A stretch of DNA of 47,800 bases, taken from assembly GCA_022562075.1 (NCBI GenBank), contig JADFPZ010000001.1, positions 1-47,800 on the forward strand. Reading direction: 5' to 3'. How positions within the stretch are numbered: position 1 is the stretch's first letter; every line of letters begins with the position of its first letter. Shown piece after piece: positions 16,232 through 24,611 of this stretch. A program made the position numbers and the translations under genes. The DNA comes from Candidatus Zixiibacteriota bacterium. Lineage in GTDB: Bacteria > Zixibacteria > MSB-5A5 > GN15 > FEB-12. The notes under the pieces were generated by a model that saw nothing but the letters and a program-made list of their open reading frames with translations, was not told where the DNA came from and ran no database searches.

Positions 16232-17161
16232 CTACTGCCCGCCATCTTCTTTTATAACAGCATCTTTTTGAGCCTTATGTATATCCAGAGTTTCCTGTTT
16301 GGTCGTCTTCTCAGCGGGTGCAGAACTGATTTCGCTATAGCTTTGCTTAGTTTGAGCAGTCGGTGATTTGCCGGTTCTGTTATAGAACGACTCCAAGTTC
16401 GTCTGATCTATGTTCACTCTTGAGATTCTGCGCGACTGTTGATTACGAAGATTGACCAGCCTGCCGTTGAGCTCTATATCGACCGCCGCTGGATCCCCTA
16501 TTGTAACAACCATCCTGTATTTGGCGCTTGCTTCATAAATTCTGCCGGGAACAAGTTTGCGGAAGATAGCCGTATCACCGTCAGTCATAACAGAACCCCA
16601 GCTTTCTTTTCTTGGTATAAGCCGAATCTTGATTTCTTCGGGAGGCAGATACGACGTCTTGTCCCAGTCAAAACTGTCAAATTCTGCAAGGCGGTTTTTG
16701 TCTAAATCTTGAAGGTAAGTGTCCTGTTCATTTTTTGCAGTAGAATCCTTAATAAACAGCATATCAATCGCCACGTAGGCTAAAAGCAGAAGAACCAAAA
16801 TAGCTGCTATCCCCAGCATTCTTCTTAAGGGTTTCTTTTCTGTCTCAGGATCAACCTCATAGTCGTCTTCTGCACCTGAGGTTTTTTTGGCCTGTGCAGC
16901 TTCTTCCATCTCAGCTCTTTCAATATCAGACTTGATGGCATCAACTGTCATCGAGAAATCTATCCCCAAAAAAGTAGAATAGGAGCGCGCAAAAAGATTG
17001 TAGTAAACTTCGGAGGGAAGTTTCGACAAATCGCCTTCTTCAATACCTTCGAGATTTTCAAGAGGTATTTTGAGCCTTTCGCTGAGCTCTGTCATATCAA
17101 GCTGGCGGCGCTCTCTTTCCTGCCGCAAAACTTTTCCTAGTTTTTTCTCTACACTATCCAT
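16232..17161 (-). CDS. rodZ: RodZ-like cytoskeleton-associated protein (HTH, one TM segment, DUF4115-like C-domain)
   Basis: N-terminal Xre-type HTH (LGKVLRQERERRQLDMTELSERLKIPLENLEGIEEGD). Single TM segment MLGIAAILVLLLLAYVAIDMLF. C-terminal beta domain IRLIPRKESWGSVMTDGDTAIF...VVTIGDPAAVDIELNGRLV. Confidence 0.75.
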   Translation of the reverse strand: MDSVEKKLGKVLRQERERRQLDMTELSERLKIPLENLEGIEEGDLSKLPSEVYYNLFARSYSTFLGIDFSMTVDAIKSDIERAEMEEAAQAKKTSGAEDDYEVDPETEKKPLRRMLGIAAILVLLLLAYVAIDMLFIKDSTAKNEQDTYLQDLDKNRLAEFDSFDWDKTSYLPPEEIKIRLIPRKESWGSVMTDGDTAIFRKLVPGRIYEASAKYRMVVTIGDPAAVDIELNGRLVNLRNQQSRRISRVNIDQTNLESFYNRTGKSPTAQTKQSYSEISSAPAEKTTKQETLDIHKAQKDAVIKEDGGQ

Positions 17162-17180
17162 AACTAACTAAAAGTAATAT

Positions 17181-17789
17181 TTACTCCATTTTTAAGCAAA
17201 CCTCACCGGCCAGTTTGTCCAGCAGAGAGCGAGGTAAACCAATAACATTATCCAATTCCCCCTCTATTCTGTCAACCAAAAAGCCTCCTTTGCCTTGTAT
17301 ACCATAGGCTCCGGCCTTGTCCATCGGTTCGCCACTACTGACATAATCTGCGATTGCTTCCTCTGATACAAGATTGAAATAGACATCAGTTAGTTCATAG
17401 CCGGAGGCCAAAAGCTCAATCGAGCTGACCAGCGCCAGGGCGGTGCAAACGACATGCTTATTACCTGATAAACGCGAGAGAATCTGCCTGGCTTCATTTT
17501 CGTCTTCAGGTTTGCCGATCAGCACCTTGTCAAGCACTACAATCGTATCTGCACCAATTACCAATTCGTCAACTCCCGACTCGGAAGAAACTACCATGGC
17601 TTTCATCTTTGCAAGACTTAAGGCGTGCTTAAAGGGATTTCCGGACTGATTATCGGATTCTCTGAGGTTCGAGATAATCTGCCGGAAATTGATGCCTGTT
17701 TCCTCCAGTAATTTTAACCTTCTGGGCGAAGCCGAACCGAGTATTATCTCTTTTTTTTGGGACAGTTTTTTTAGATTATTATAGGTCAT
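17181..17789 (-). CDS. maf: Maf-like nucleoside triphosphate pyrophosphatase
   Basis: ILGSASPRRLKLLEETGINF, GADTIVVLD..LIGKPEDENEA, DKAGAYGIQGKGG. Confidence 0.9.
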   Translation of the reverse strand: MTYNNLKKLSQKKEIILGSASPRRLKLLEETGINFRQIISNLRESDNQSGNPFKHALSLAKMKAMVVSSESGVDELVIGADTIVVLDKVLIGKPEDENEARQILSRLSGNKHVVCTALALVSSIELLASGYELTDVYFNLVSEEAIADYVSSGEPMDKAGAYGIQGKGGFLVDRIEGELDNVIGLPRSLLDKLAGEVCLKME

Positions 17790-18222
17790 TTTCGAGGAGA
17801 ATTGTCACCGGCCCGTGGTTTGTTAGTTTTATTTGCATTTTAGCCCCAAAGATACCGCTGGCGGTTTTCAGATCTGAAGCAGAGACCAAATCTACAAATT
17901 TAGAGTACAGTCTTTCGGCCTCTTCAGGCTCCATAGTTTCGGTAAACGCCGGACGGCGCCCTTTTTTGGTATCGGCATAAAGAGTAAACTGAGAGACTAT
18001 CATGATTTCGGCCTCTACATCCAGCGCCGATAGGTTCATTTTGCCGGAGCTGTCTTCGAAAATTCTCAAATTCAGAATTTTGTCAGCCAGGACTCCACAG
18101 GATTCTTCTTTGTCCTCTTTTTTGGTGCCATGAAATATCAGCAGTCCGCTGCCTGTTTTACTGTGGAGCTTTTCCTCAATCCAAACTTCGCAATTTGTTA
18201 CTCTTTGAACTAATATTCTCAA
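17779..18222 (-). CDS. dtd: D-aminoacyl-tRNA deacylase
   Basis: MRILVQRV..., GLLIFHG, LRIFEDSSGKMNLS, VSQFTLYADTKKGRRPAF, NHGPVTILL. TTG start. Overlaps the maf start by 11 nt. Confidence 0.9.
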   Translation of the reverse strand: MRILVQRVTNCEVWIEEKLHSKTGSGLLIFHGTKKEDKEESCGVLADKILNLRIFEDSSGKMNLSALDVEAEIMIVSQFTLYADTKKGRRPAFTETMEPEEAERLYSKFVDLVSASDLKTASGIFGAKMQIKLTNHGPVTILLENDL

Positions 18223-18322
18223 AATTTACTCCGAACAACCTCTCATATATTTACAAATATAGCATATCCAGACAGATAGACAAAGGTGCAAAAAAAGAGT
18301 TAGCAAATGAATGCAGATTTCG

Positions 18323-18351
18323 CTGGATATTTTATCTGTAATATGTATAAT
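18323..18351 (+). promoter_or_regulatory. Candidate extended -10 promoter for trxA
   Basis: TG-n-TATAAT (TG 18344-18345, TATAAT 18346-18351) with a weak -35 CTGGAT at 17-nt spacing, ~84 nt upstream of the trxA start. Confidence 0.4.
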
Positions 18352-18434
18352 GGTTTTGGCAAGTGGGGAACTGTCCGTTTTTTTGATAGTTATAGATTGG
18401 AAATAGATTAAGAAAGAAAAATGGAGGAGTTAAG

Positions 18435-18761
18435 TTGTCAAAAGCCTTAGAAGTAACAGATGATTCTTTTGAAGCAGAAGTACTAAAATCCGATACTCCG
18501 GTTATTGTAGATTTCTGGGCTGAATGGTGCGGTCCCTGCAAAATGATTGCACCAATTCTGGATGAATTAGCGGTTGAGTATGAAGGCCGGGTCAAGATTA
18601 CCAAAGTAGATGTTGACTCTAATAATAAGACCGCTGGCAGATATAATATTTTGTCTATTCCTTCGCTGCTATTTTTCAAGAATGGAGAAGTAGTCGACCA
18701 GGTAGTCGGTGCACTGGGCAAGTCGCAATTGACTTCCAGATTAGAAAAAGTGCTGGCATAA
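18435..18761 (+). CDS. trxA: Thioredoxin
   Basis: 108 aa with the active site WAEWCGPCKMIAP. TTG start preceded by GGAGGAG. Confidence 0.95.
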   Translation: MSKALEVTDDSFEAEVLKSDTPVIVDFWAEWCGPCKMIAPILDELAVEYEGRVKITKVDVDSNNKTAGRYNILSIPSLLFFKNGEVVDQVVGALGKSQLTSRLEKVLA

Positions 18762-18780
18762 AGTTCAAAATATTTTTTAG

Positions 18781-18817
18781 AAAACCGGCAAGAGAACCAA
18801 TCTCTGCCGGTTTTTTT
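18781..18817 (+). terminator. Rho-independent terminator after trxA
   Basis: AAAACCGGCAAGAGA / TCTCTGCCGGTTTT hairpin with one bulged A and loop ACCAA, followed by a T7 run. Confidence 0.75.
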
Positions 18818-18929
18818 ATCAATTATTAGCAGATGCTTTGTGTCAGGAACTTTACAGCTACAAATTGTTTTGATTTATTAGAAGCTTCTATATTATATTG
18901 ACTTAGCTGAACTTTAACGAGAGAGTATA

Positions 18930-19028
18930 ATGAACTGGACTGACATACTTTTTCTGCTGATATTCCTAATCGCCTGGTATTTGCTGATAACCAAGGTTTT
19001 CCCAAAAATGGGGCTTGGTGGTGGCTGA
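18930..19028 (+). CDS. Possible 32-aa single-TM micro-protein (below the ORF-track cutoff)
   Basis: ATG 18930 to TGA 19026-19028 encodes MNWTDILFLLIFLIAWYLLITKVFPKMGLGGG. This is one hydrophobic helix plus a K/G tail, in an otherwise unexplained 360-nt gap. No convincing RBS. Confidence 0.25.
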   Translation: MNWTDILFLLIFLIAWYLLITKVFPKMGLGGG

Positions 19029-19176
19029 GCACCTTCGGCAGAGTATCTTCCGGTGGAAGATGAAGAAAACAGGAAGCAAACAAAATGCAATGATGAACTG
19101 AAAAGTTCTTCAGACAGGGCTGACTAACGGAAATAAAATTTACATCTGGCAGACCTAACAGCCGATAATAATAGAT

Positions 19177-20004
19177 ATGCGTTTTAATAATTACAGCGGG
19201 GGCGGCGGTTACCGTAGGCTCAGTATTGGCCCGGGGGCAGTATCTCCGTTCATAAAGCTGATGCTGATTACCAACATTGCGGTATTCATGATTCAGACGC
19301 TGGTTAACTTTTCTTTGGCAGAGCTTTTGGGTTTGACTCCGGCCAGATTTTTTGCCGAATTTCCAAACCTGCTTTTTCAGCCATTTACCTATATGTTTTT
19401 GCACGTAGATTTTTGGCACGTCTTCTTTAATATGTTCGTCTTATGGATGTTTGGGACTGAAATAGAGTTCAGCTGGGGAAAAAGGTCATTTGCGAAGTTC
19501 TATATTTTAGCAGGTTTGTCTGGGGCAATACTAACGCTTATTTTTCAATCCGAGCTGCCAGTTCCGGTAATTGGGGCATCAGGAGCAATATACGGCGTTT
19601 TGATAGCTTACTGGCTCCTGTTTCCACATAGATACCTCTACATTTATTTCTTGTTTCCTGTCAAAGTAAAGTGGGCCATACCGGGCTTCATGATCTTAGG
19701 CTTTTTGGCGGGCGGGGGAAATATTGCACATTTTGCTCATCTTGGGGGTGCAATTTTTGGGCTTATTTTTGTCAAAGCTGACTGGCGAATTGCCAGATTT
19801 GGCAGTATGCTCAAAAAACTTCGGCACAAAAAACAAGAGGTAAAATTCGAGAAAAACCGCCTTAAAGCAGAAGATACAATGAAACGGGTTGATGAAATTC
19901 TTGATAAAATAAACGCTGTCGGTATCGAAAATATATCGGAGGAAGATAGAAAATTCCTTGAAGACGCCTCTTCTCATATGTCCGGAGAAAAGAGCTCCGA
20001 CTAG
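19177..20004 (+). CDS. Rhomboid-family intramembrane serine protease
   Basis: Multi-TM protein with the catalytic GASGAIYGVL (GxSG) and AHLGGAIFG (His) motifs, plus a soluble charged C-terminal tail. Confidence 0.85.
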   Translation: MRFNNYSGGGGYRRLSIGPGAVSPFIKLMLITNIAVFMIQTLVNFSLAELLGLTPARFFAEFPNLLFQPFTYMFLHVDFWHVFFNMFVLWMFGTEIEFSWGKRSFAKFYILAGLSGAILTLIFQSELPVPVIGASGAIYGVLIAYWLLFPHRYLYIYFLFPVKVKWAIPGFMILGFLAGGGNIAHFAHLGGAIFGLIFVKADWRIARFGSMLKKLRHKKQEVKFEKNRLKAEDTMKRVDEILDKINAVGIENISEEDRKFLEDASSHMSGEKSSD

Positions 20005-20021
20005 ACAATTAACACTATAAA

Positions 20022-20336
20022 ATGAGAAAAAGAGTATTAATCGCAGAGTCGTCTGAAATCACCGTAAAGGCCGCAAAAACAGTTTTAAGACAGAATGGTT
20101 TTGAAATTATTGCTGTCTCATCCGGAGATAAGGCCTTTCAGGCTCTGGAGCATAGTAAACCCCATCTGATTATTGCCAATAGCTCTTTGCCGGGAAAGAA
20201 CAAGTCCAGGTATATCCAGGGTTTGCAGGCAGAACCGGCGCTTTCCGCTATTCCTACAATACTTTTGGCTGATGAGAATAAGCCCGGAATTCCTGATAAA
20301 ATTAAAGTGAATTTACCCCTTGACCCGAACGATTAA
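20022..20336 (+). CDS. Receiver (REC)-like domain protein lacking the phospho-acceptor Asp
   Basis: CheY-like layout: VLIAESSE (normally DD), HLIIANSSLPG (normally D..MP, here Asn), IPTILLA, KP. Ends at TAA 20334-20336, immediately in frame with the next ORF. Confidence 0.65.
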   Translation: MRKRVLIAESSEITVKAAKTVLRQNGFEIIAVSSGDKAFQALEHSKPHLIIANSSLPGKNKSRYIQGLQAEPALSAIPTILLADENKPGIPDKIKVNLPLDPND

Positions 20337-21221
20337 TTGTCGAAAATAAATAATATGGCAAAGGATTCAAAAAAGCCCGAAGAGGAAGCTGATAATTCCC
20401 AAAACGAAAGCCTGGAAGAGGATCTCCTTGACCAGGCTCTGGGACTGGATGAGATTGATGTGACTGATTCCGAAGTCATGGATCAGTTCGGGACTACCAA
20501 AATGAGAAAGAAGAAAAAGGTAGTTGAGAAAATGATCGGGATTGATCATGTCGAAGATGACACTAATATTTCCGGTCAGATTGGTTCGGTAAATTTGGCC
20601 GCAAAGTCCGGCAAAATTAAAAAGTCCGGCAAGCAGGCTTCATCAAAAACAGGTAAACTTGATATCGTAAGCGGTCACGATCAGTTTGGGCTGGGGGACG
20701 AGTCTCTTCTGGAAAATGTTAATGAGCATGCGGATCATGACTATGACTGGTTTGTGAATGAAATGAAAAATGATGTCATAAACCCGAAAAGCGCCCAGAA
20801 ACAGAAAGCTGCCTCCCAATCCGATAGCCTGAAAGTAACAAATCCGGCTGACCAGATTGAACGGGTTTCAGTTCCAAGTAAGAAATCTTCGGATTCAAAA
20901 AAAGTCGCAGGTGGCAAGAAGACGGGCGGGGTTGAGAAATTTATTGAAGAATTCAAAAAAGAAGTTGAGAGCTTTGGCAATGAAAGCTCCAAGAATGTAA
21001 TTGACGCCAAAAGTAAACCGGCAGCAACTGCCAAGCCGGCAATTATTTCGAGCGATCCTTTAGAGAATATAACTATTGACCAGGTTGAAGTCTTTACACG
21101 CCAGTTTGTTTCAGAATTAGCAGACCGGGTAGCTGAGAGAATAGCCAATAAAGTTGACGCACAAAAATTAATGTCTCTTTTAAAAAATGAAATAGTTTCC
21201 AAAGCGAGGAACTCTAAGTAG
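20337..21221 (+). CDS. Hypothetical Lys/Ser/Asp-rich protein with a short helical C-terminal domain
   Basis: Same frame as the REC-like ORF. Mostly low-complexity and predicted disordered. C-terminal FVSELADRVAERIANKVDAQKLMSLLKNEIVS. The true start may be ATG 20355 (MAKDSKK...). Confidence 0.55.
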   Translation: MSKINNMAKDSKKPEEEADNSQNESLEEDLLDQALGLDEIDVTDSEVMDQFGTTKMRKKKKVVEKMIGIDHVEDDTNISGQIGSVNLAAKSGKIKKSGKQASSKTGKLDIVSGHDQFGLGDESLLENVNEHADHDYDWFVNEMKNDVINPKSAQKQKAASQSDSLKVTNPADQIERVSVPSKKSSDSKKVAGGKKTGGVEKFIEEFKKEVESFGNESSKNVIDAKSKPAATAKPAIISSDPLENITIDQVEVFTRQFVSELADRVAERIANKVDAQKLMSLLKNEIVSKARNSK

Positions 21222-21302
21222 GCTATTTGGTGTTCTAATCTTTGTCTCTTTGTCAATTACATTTGATTGACTAACTGATGTATATTTGATTATGATAAAA
21301 TA

Positions 21303-22046
21303 ATGTTTGAACAGCCGACCATAGAAATTCCAACCGCGATATTTGCCGGGTTCCTGTCCTTTATATCTCCCTGCGTATTGCCCCTTATCCCGGGCTACTT
21401 GTCTTTTATTTCCGGCGTATCAATTGAAGATTTGAGTTCAAAGGAAAAATCGAAAGAACACATGTTTCGGGTTGTTATCAACACTTTCTTTTTTGTGATC
21501 GGTTTTTCTCTGGTATTTATTCTTCTGGGAGCAACAGCAACCTGGATCGGCGAAATGCTGCAGCAATACATGGGCTGGTTTAACAAAGTGGCAGGCACCA
21601 TGGTATTCTTGTTTGGGATGCATGTAGCCGGATTGTTTAAGATAAAAGCTCTCAATTATGAAATGAAATTTAATACCGGCAGCAAAAAGATGGGGATAAT
21701 CGGTTCTGTCGTTATTGGTATCGCTTTCGCTTTTGGATGGACGCCCTGCATTGGTCCTATTCTCGGCACTATTTTAACACTGGCCGCTCAGCAAGACTCA
21801 GTCAGTTCCGGCGTCATACTTCTGGCATTCTATTCTGCCGGACTGGGTGTGCCGTTTATACTTACTGCTCTTTTGTTCAACTATTTAATTGGTGCTTTTG
21901 GTTTTATCAAACGTCATTTCAGAGCTGTTGAGATTATCTCGGGCGGATTGCTGATGATAGTTGGTGTGTTAATATTCTTTAACTTACTGGTAGTCATCTC
22001 AAACTTTATGTTAGATATATTCCCTGCCTTGCAAAATGTCGGCTAA
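21303..22046 (+). CDS. ccdA: Cytochrome c biogenesis / thiol-disulfide electron transporter CcdA (DsbD-family core)
   Basis: Six-TM protein with both conserved Cys motifs: FISPCVLPLIPGYLSF and GWTPCIGPILG. Confidence 0.88.
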   Translation: MFEQPTIEIPTAIFAGFLSFISPCVLPLIPGYLSFISGVSIEDLSSKEKSKEHMFRVVINTFFFVIGFSLVFILLGATATWIGEMLQQYMGWFNKVAGTMVFLFGMHVAGLFKIKALNYEMKFNTGSKKMGIIGSVVIGIAFAFGWTPCIGPILGTILTLAAQQDSVSSGVILLAFYSAGLGVPFILTALLFNYLIGAFGFIKRHFRAVEIISGGLLMIVGVLIFFNLLVVISNFMLDIFPALQNVG

Positions 22047-22094
22047 TCGACTTTACCCTTATAAAAATATACAGATTATTTTTCGCAGGTCGCC

Positions 22095-22124
22095 TTGACT
22101 GTCCGCTCTTGCTTTCAGTATATT
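22095..22124 (+). promoter_or_regulatory. Candidate sigma70-type promoter
   Basis: TTGACT (22095-22100), 18-nt spacer, TATATT (22119-22124), 33 nt upstream of the ATG at 22157. Confidence 0.35.
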
Positions 22125-22156
22125 GCTAATTGATAAACGCTGTAGCGTGAAAAAAT

Positions 22157-22906
22157 ATGACTCCAAAGAAGAAAAAAGGACAGGTAATCGCAGTTTGCAT
22201 TCAGGAACCATTTGAGGATGGTTCATCGATGGACTTTGGCGCTATACAGGGTGCTGACCTGAAGTATTTGCATCAGGCTTTTATCACCGACACAATTATT
22301 AATGCACTCAAAGTAGAAGATGCCGATATTCGCCTGTATTATATTGGCAGCTCCGAACGGTGTAAGCTGGTAAAAATTGTAACTGAATACGTCAAGAAAA
22401 AAGCTCCTGCAAACATATTGTCAGAGATTAAAGGCCGGCTTAAGTTATCTGAAATGTCCAAAGAGCGCTGGGGGATCAGAATCGAGAAGCTTTTTGAGGA
22501 CTGCTTCTCGTGCGGTTATGACAGCGTCTTAGTTATAGGCAGCCGCAGCCCAACCGTATCCCGGCAAAAAATTGAGACGGCCCTGCAGCTCTTAAAAAAA
22601 ACTGATGCGGTTTTCGGTCCGACTCCCGACGGCCGCTATTACGTTATAGGTATGTCAAAATCTTACCATATAAAGCTTTCGGAATTTGACTGGAAATCTC
22701 CTTCGATATATAACGAGGTGGCCAGAGCGCTCGAAGACAAAGGATTGGTCTGGTCTGAACTTGAAATCTGGTATGCCGTGGAGACACCGGATTATCTCGA
22801 AGTAATGGTGCGGGATATTAATCAGTTCAGGATAGAGGGAGATGAATCAACCGCCCACGAAACTGAGTTGGTCATGGAACGACTTTTGAGTAAGCTGGGA
22901 AATTGA
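22157..22906 (+). CDS. DUF2064-like (CofC/GT-A-like nucleotidyl/glycosyl-transferase fold) protein, divergent
   Basis: LHQAFITDTI..., VLVIGSRSPTV and AVFGPTPDGRYYVIGM resemble, from memory, the DUF2064 pattern (a.l.DT; vliG.D.P; v.gPa.DGGYyliG). The N-terminal KTRL-type motif is not evident. Confidence 0.45.
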   Translation: MTPKKKKGQVIAVCIQEPFEDGSSMDFGAIQGADLKYLHQAFITDTIINALKVEDADIRLYYIGSSERCKLVKIVTEYVKKKAPANILSEIKGRLKLSEMSKERWGIRIEKLFEDCFSCGYDSVLVIGSRSPTVSRQKIETALQLLKKTDAVFGPTPDGRYYVIGMSKSYHIKLSEFDWKSPSIYNEVARALEDKGLVWSELEIWYAVETPDYLEVMVRDINQFRIEGDESTAHETELVMERLLSKLGN

Positions 22907-22913
22907 TATTGGT

Positions 22914-23648
22914 ATGGAACGGGAGCTTCAAAAATTAAGCTGGCTCAAAGTTCAGAAACTCGTTCCGCAGCAAATTGATACGGTAATACTACCGGTCGGC
23001 ACAGTTGAGGCACACGGCTCATCTTGTCTGGGTACTGATAACTATATTCCCAATGAGATAGCGTTCGGCATCGCCGGGCGAATAAATGCGCTGGTAGCGC
23101 CGATAGTGAACTACGGCATCACCCGCTCGCTTTACAGGTACAACGGCGGCTCCACCATCCAGCCGGAAACTTATCAGATGTTTATCAGAGATATTCTGGA
23201 TTCATTTATTGATTCAAAATTCCATAACGTGATTATTTTAAACGGACATGGCGGCAACAACGCTGCCTTAAAACAAGTCGCTTACGAGTTCCACTACCAG
23301 CAGGACGCCAATATTGCAGTAATTCACTGGTGGGAATTATGCGAGCAGATGACCGACAAATTTTTTGGCCATGCCGGAGGACACGCCGGTACTGATGAAA
23401 CCGCTATGGTCCACGCTATCGACCCCTCATTAGTTGACGAAGAAAACAACGATCCCGACCTGGCTTATACTTTCAAGCCGGGCAGTGATATTTATCCGGT
23501 CCCGGGTTCAGTTCTTCTTTATAAGCCGGGCGAAGGCTACCCCGAATATGACCGCGAGAAGGCCAAACAGTACCGCGATAAAGTAGTAGATATGGTTGGT
23601 GAGTTTGCTGAGATGGTTATAGGCCGCTGGCGAAAATTCGGACTGTAA
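22914..23648 (+). CDS. Creatininase-family amidohydrolase
   Basis: LPVGTVEAHGSSCLGTDN, APIVNYG, ILNGHGGNNAAL, IHWWE, GGHAGTDETAMV. These match the metal-binding and core motifs of the creatininase / MftE / ArfB family. Confidence 0.8.
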   Translation: MERELQKLSWLKVQKLVPQQIDTVILPVGTVEAHGSSCLGTDNYIPNEIAFGIAGRINALVAPIVNYGITRSLYRYNGGSTIQPETYQMFIRDILDSFIDSKFHNVIILNGHGGNNAALKQVAYEFHYQQDANIAVIHWWELCEQMTDKFFGHAGGHAGTDETAMVHAIDPSLVDEENNDPDLAYTFKPGSDIYPVPGSVLLYKPGEGYPEYDREKAKQYRDKVVDMVGEFAEMVIGRWRKFGL

Positions 23649-23651
23649 TTC

Positions 23652-24500
23652 CTAAAAAGGCTCTATATAAGTAATTCTTACTTCTCTTGTAAATGTATCG
23701 GCATCTTTTCGATTCACAAATAAATCTTTGAGGATTGCTTCCAGTTCAAGATTGTCATGGAACAGCCACCTGAGTGATAAATTGAAATAACCGCGTCCTT
23801 TGCCGCCAAAAGAGTTTGGTGTGCCGTCGGGCAGGGTAGACTTATCATCGTTTATGGCCAGGTCATATTCACCTGTAAGGCCCAGATTGTATCTGAAAGT
23901 AGCATCAAAGCCGCCAAAGAAATTTATGTCCCCGTCGCCATCTTTGTCGCTCTCCAGAGTATAATTAAAGCCGGCATGCCAGCCGGCGGTCCAGGTGTAG
24001 AAATAAAAGCTTCTGCTGGCAACAGCAAAAAAACCGCGAGATTTAAAAGCATATCTCTTGAGCTGGTCGTTCCAGGCGCCGAACCCCTGCGAAGTAAAAC
24101 CAACTGTCATACCCGGAAAATATTCTATTTCATCAATTACTCTGAGCTTGAGAGTAAACTCAATTTTCGGATTCCAGCTGGGGCTGGTGTTTGAAACAAT
24201 ACCCTCACCGCCATAAGATATGCCTAATTGAAATCGGTTCGACAGGCCGATATCTACCATTCCCAAAGCGCCTCCCTGGGGGTAAAGGCGAATAGCAATA
24301 TCATAACTTGCTCTGGGAAGTGTGCCGGCAGTGGGCATATCAACCAGCCAGCGGGGGGGATAGGCGTAAAAGCCTATCGCCGGCGGCCGCTCAATTCTGT
24401 TTTCTGCCTCTTCATCCTGTCCATAGGCTGCTGAGTTTAAGCTTATCGCATAGCAGATAAAAAGAATGGTCTTAAATATTCTGCCGGTTCTTTTTTTCAT
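23652..24500 (-). CDS. Putative outer-membrane beta-barrel protein
   Basis: Signal peptide MKKRTGRIFKTILFICYAISLNSAAYG. Alternating aromatic/Gly beta-strand pattern. C-terminal ...RITYIEPF with terminal Phe. Confidence 0.6.
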   Translation of the reverse strand: MKKRTGRIFKTILFICYAISLNSAAYGQDEEAENRIERPPAIGFYAYPPRWLVDMPTAGTLPRASYDIAIRLYPQGGALGMVDIGLSNRFQLGISYGGEGIVSNTSPSWNPKIEFTLKLRVIDEIEYFPGMTVGFTSQGFGAWNDQLKRYAFKSRGFFAVASRSFYFYTWTAGWHAGFNYTLESDKDGDGDINFFGGFDATFRYNLGLTGEYDLAINDDKSTLPDGTPNSFGGKGRGYFNLSLRWLFHDNLELEAILKDLFVNRKDADTFTREVRITYIEPF

Positions 24501-24522
24501 ATAGTTGTCCTAAGTGCGTGGC

Positions 24523-24551
24523 AGTTTAGGAAGTGATCAAATACTGGTCAA
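24523..24551 (-). promoter_or_regulatory. Candidate promoter of the OMP gene
   Basis: On the minus strand: TTGACC (24551-24546), 17-nt spacer, TAAACT (24528-24523), ~23 nt upstream of the start codon. Confidence 0.35.
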
Positions 24552-24611
24552 CTAAAAGTAAATTTTGATAATAATAATACAATTAATTAACTTGCAGAAT
24601 TTTCTGTTTCA

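Noticed and set aside
18332-18721. 129-aa ORF antisense to trxA.
   Set aside because: It is fully overlapped by the canonical thioredoxin gene (WCGPC), and its product has no motifs.
18826-19419. 197-aa minus-strand ORF spanning the trxA-rhomboid gap.
   Set aside because: It overlaps the well-supported rhomboid N-terminus by ~240 nt, has no recognisable motifs, signal or RBS, and has an odd composition (K/Q/H-rich).
20741-21256. 171-aa minus-strand ORF opposite the Lys-rich protein gene.
   Set aside because: It is the antisense reading of a low-complexity gene. Neighbouring genes are all on the plus strand with tight spacing.
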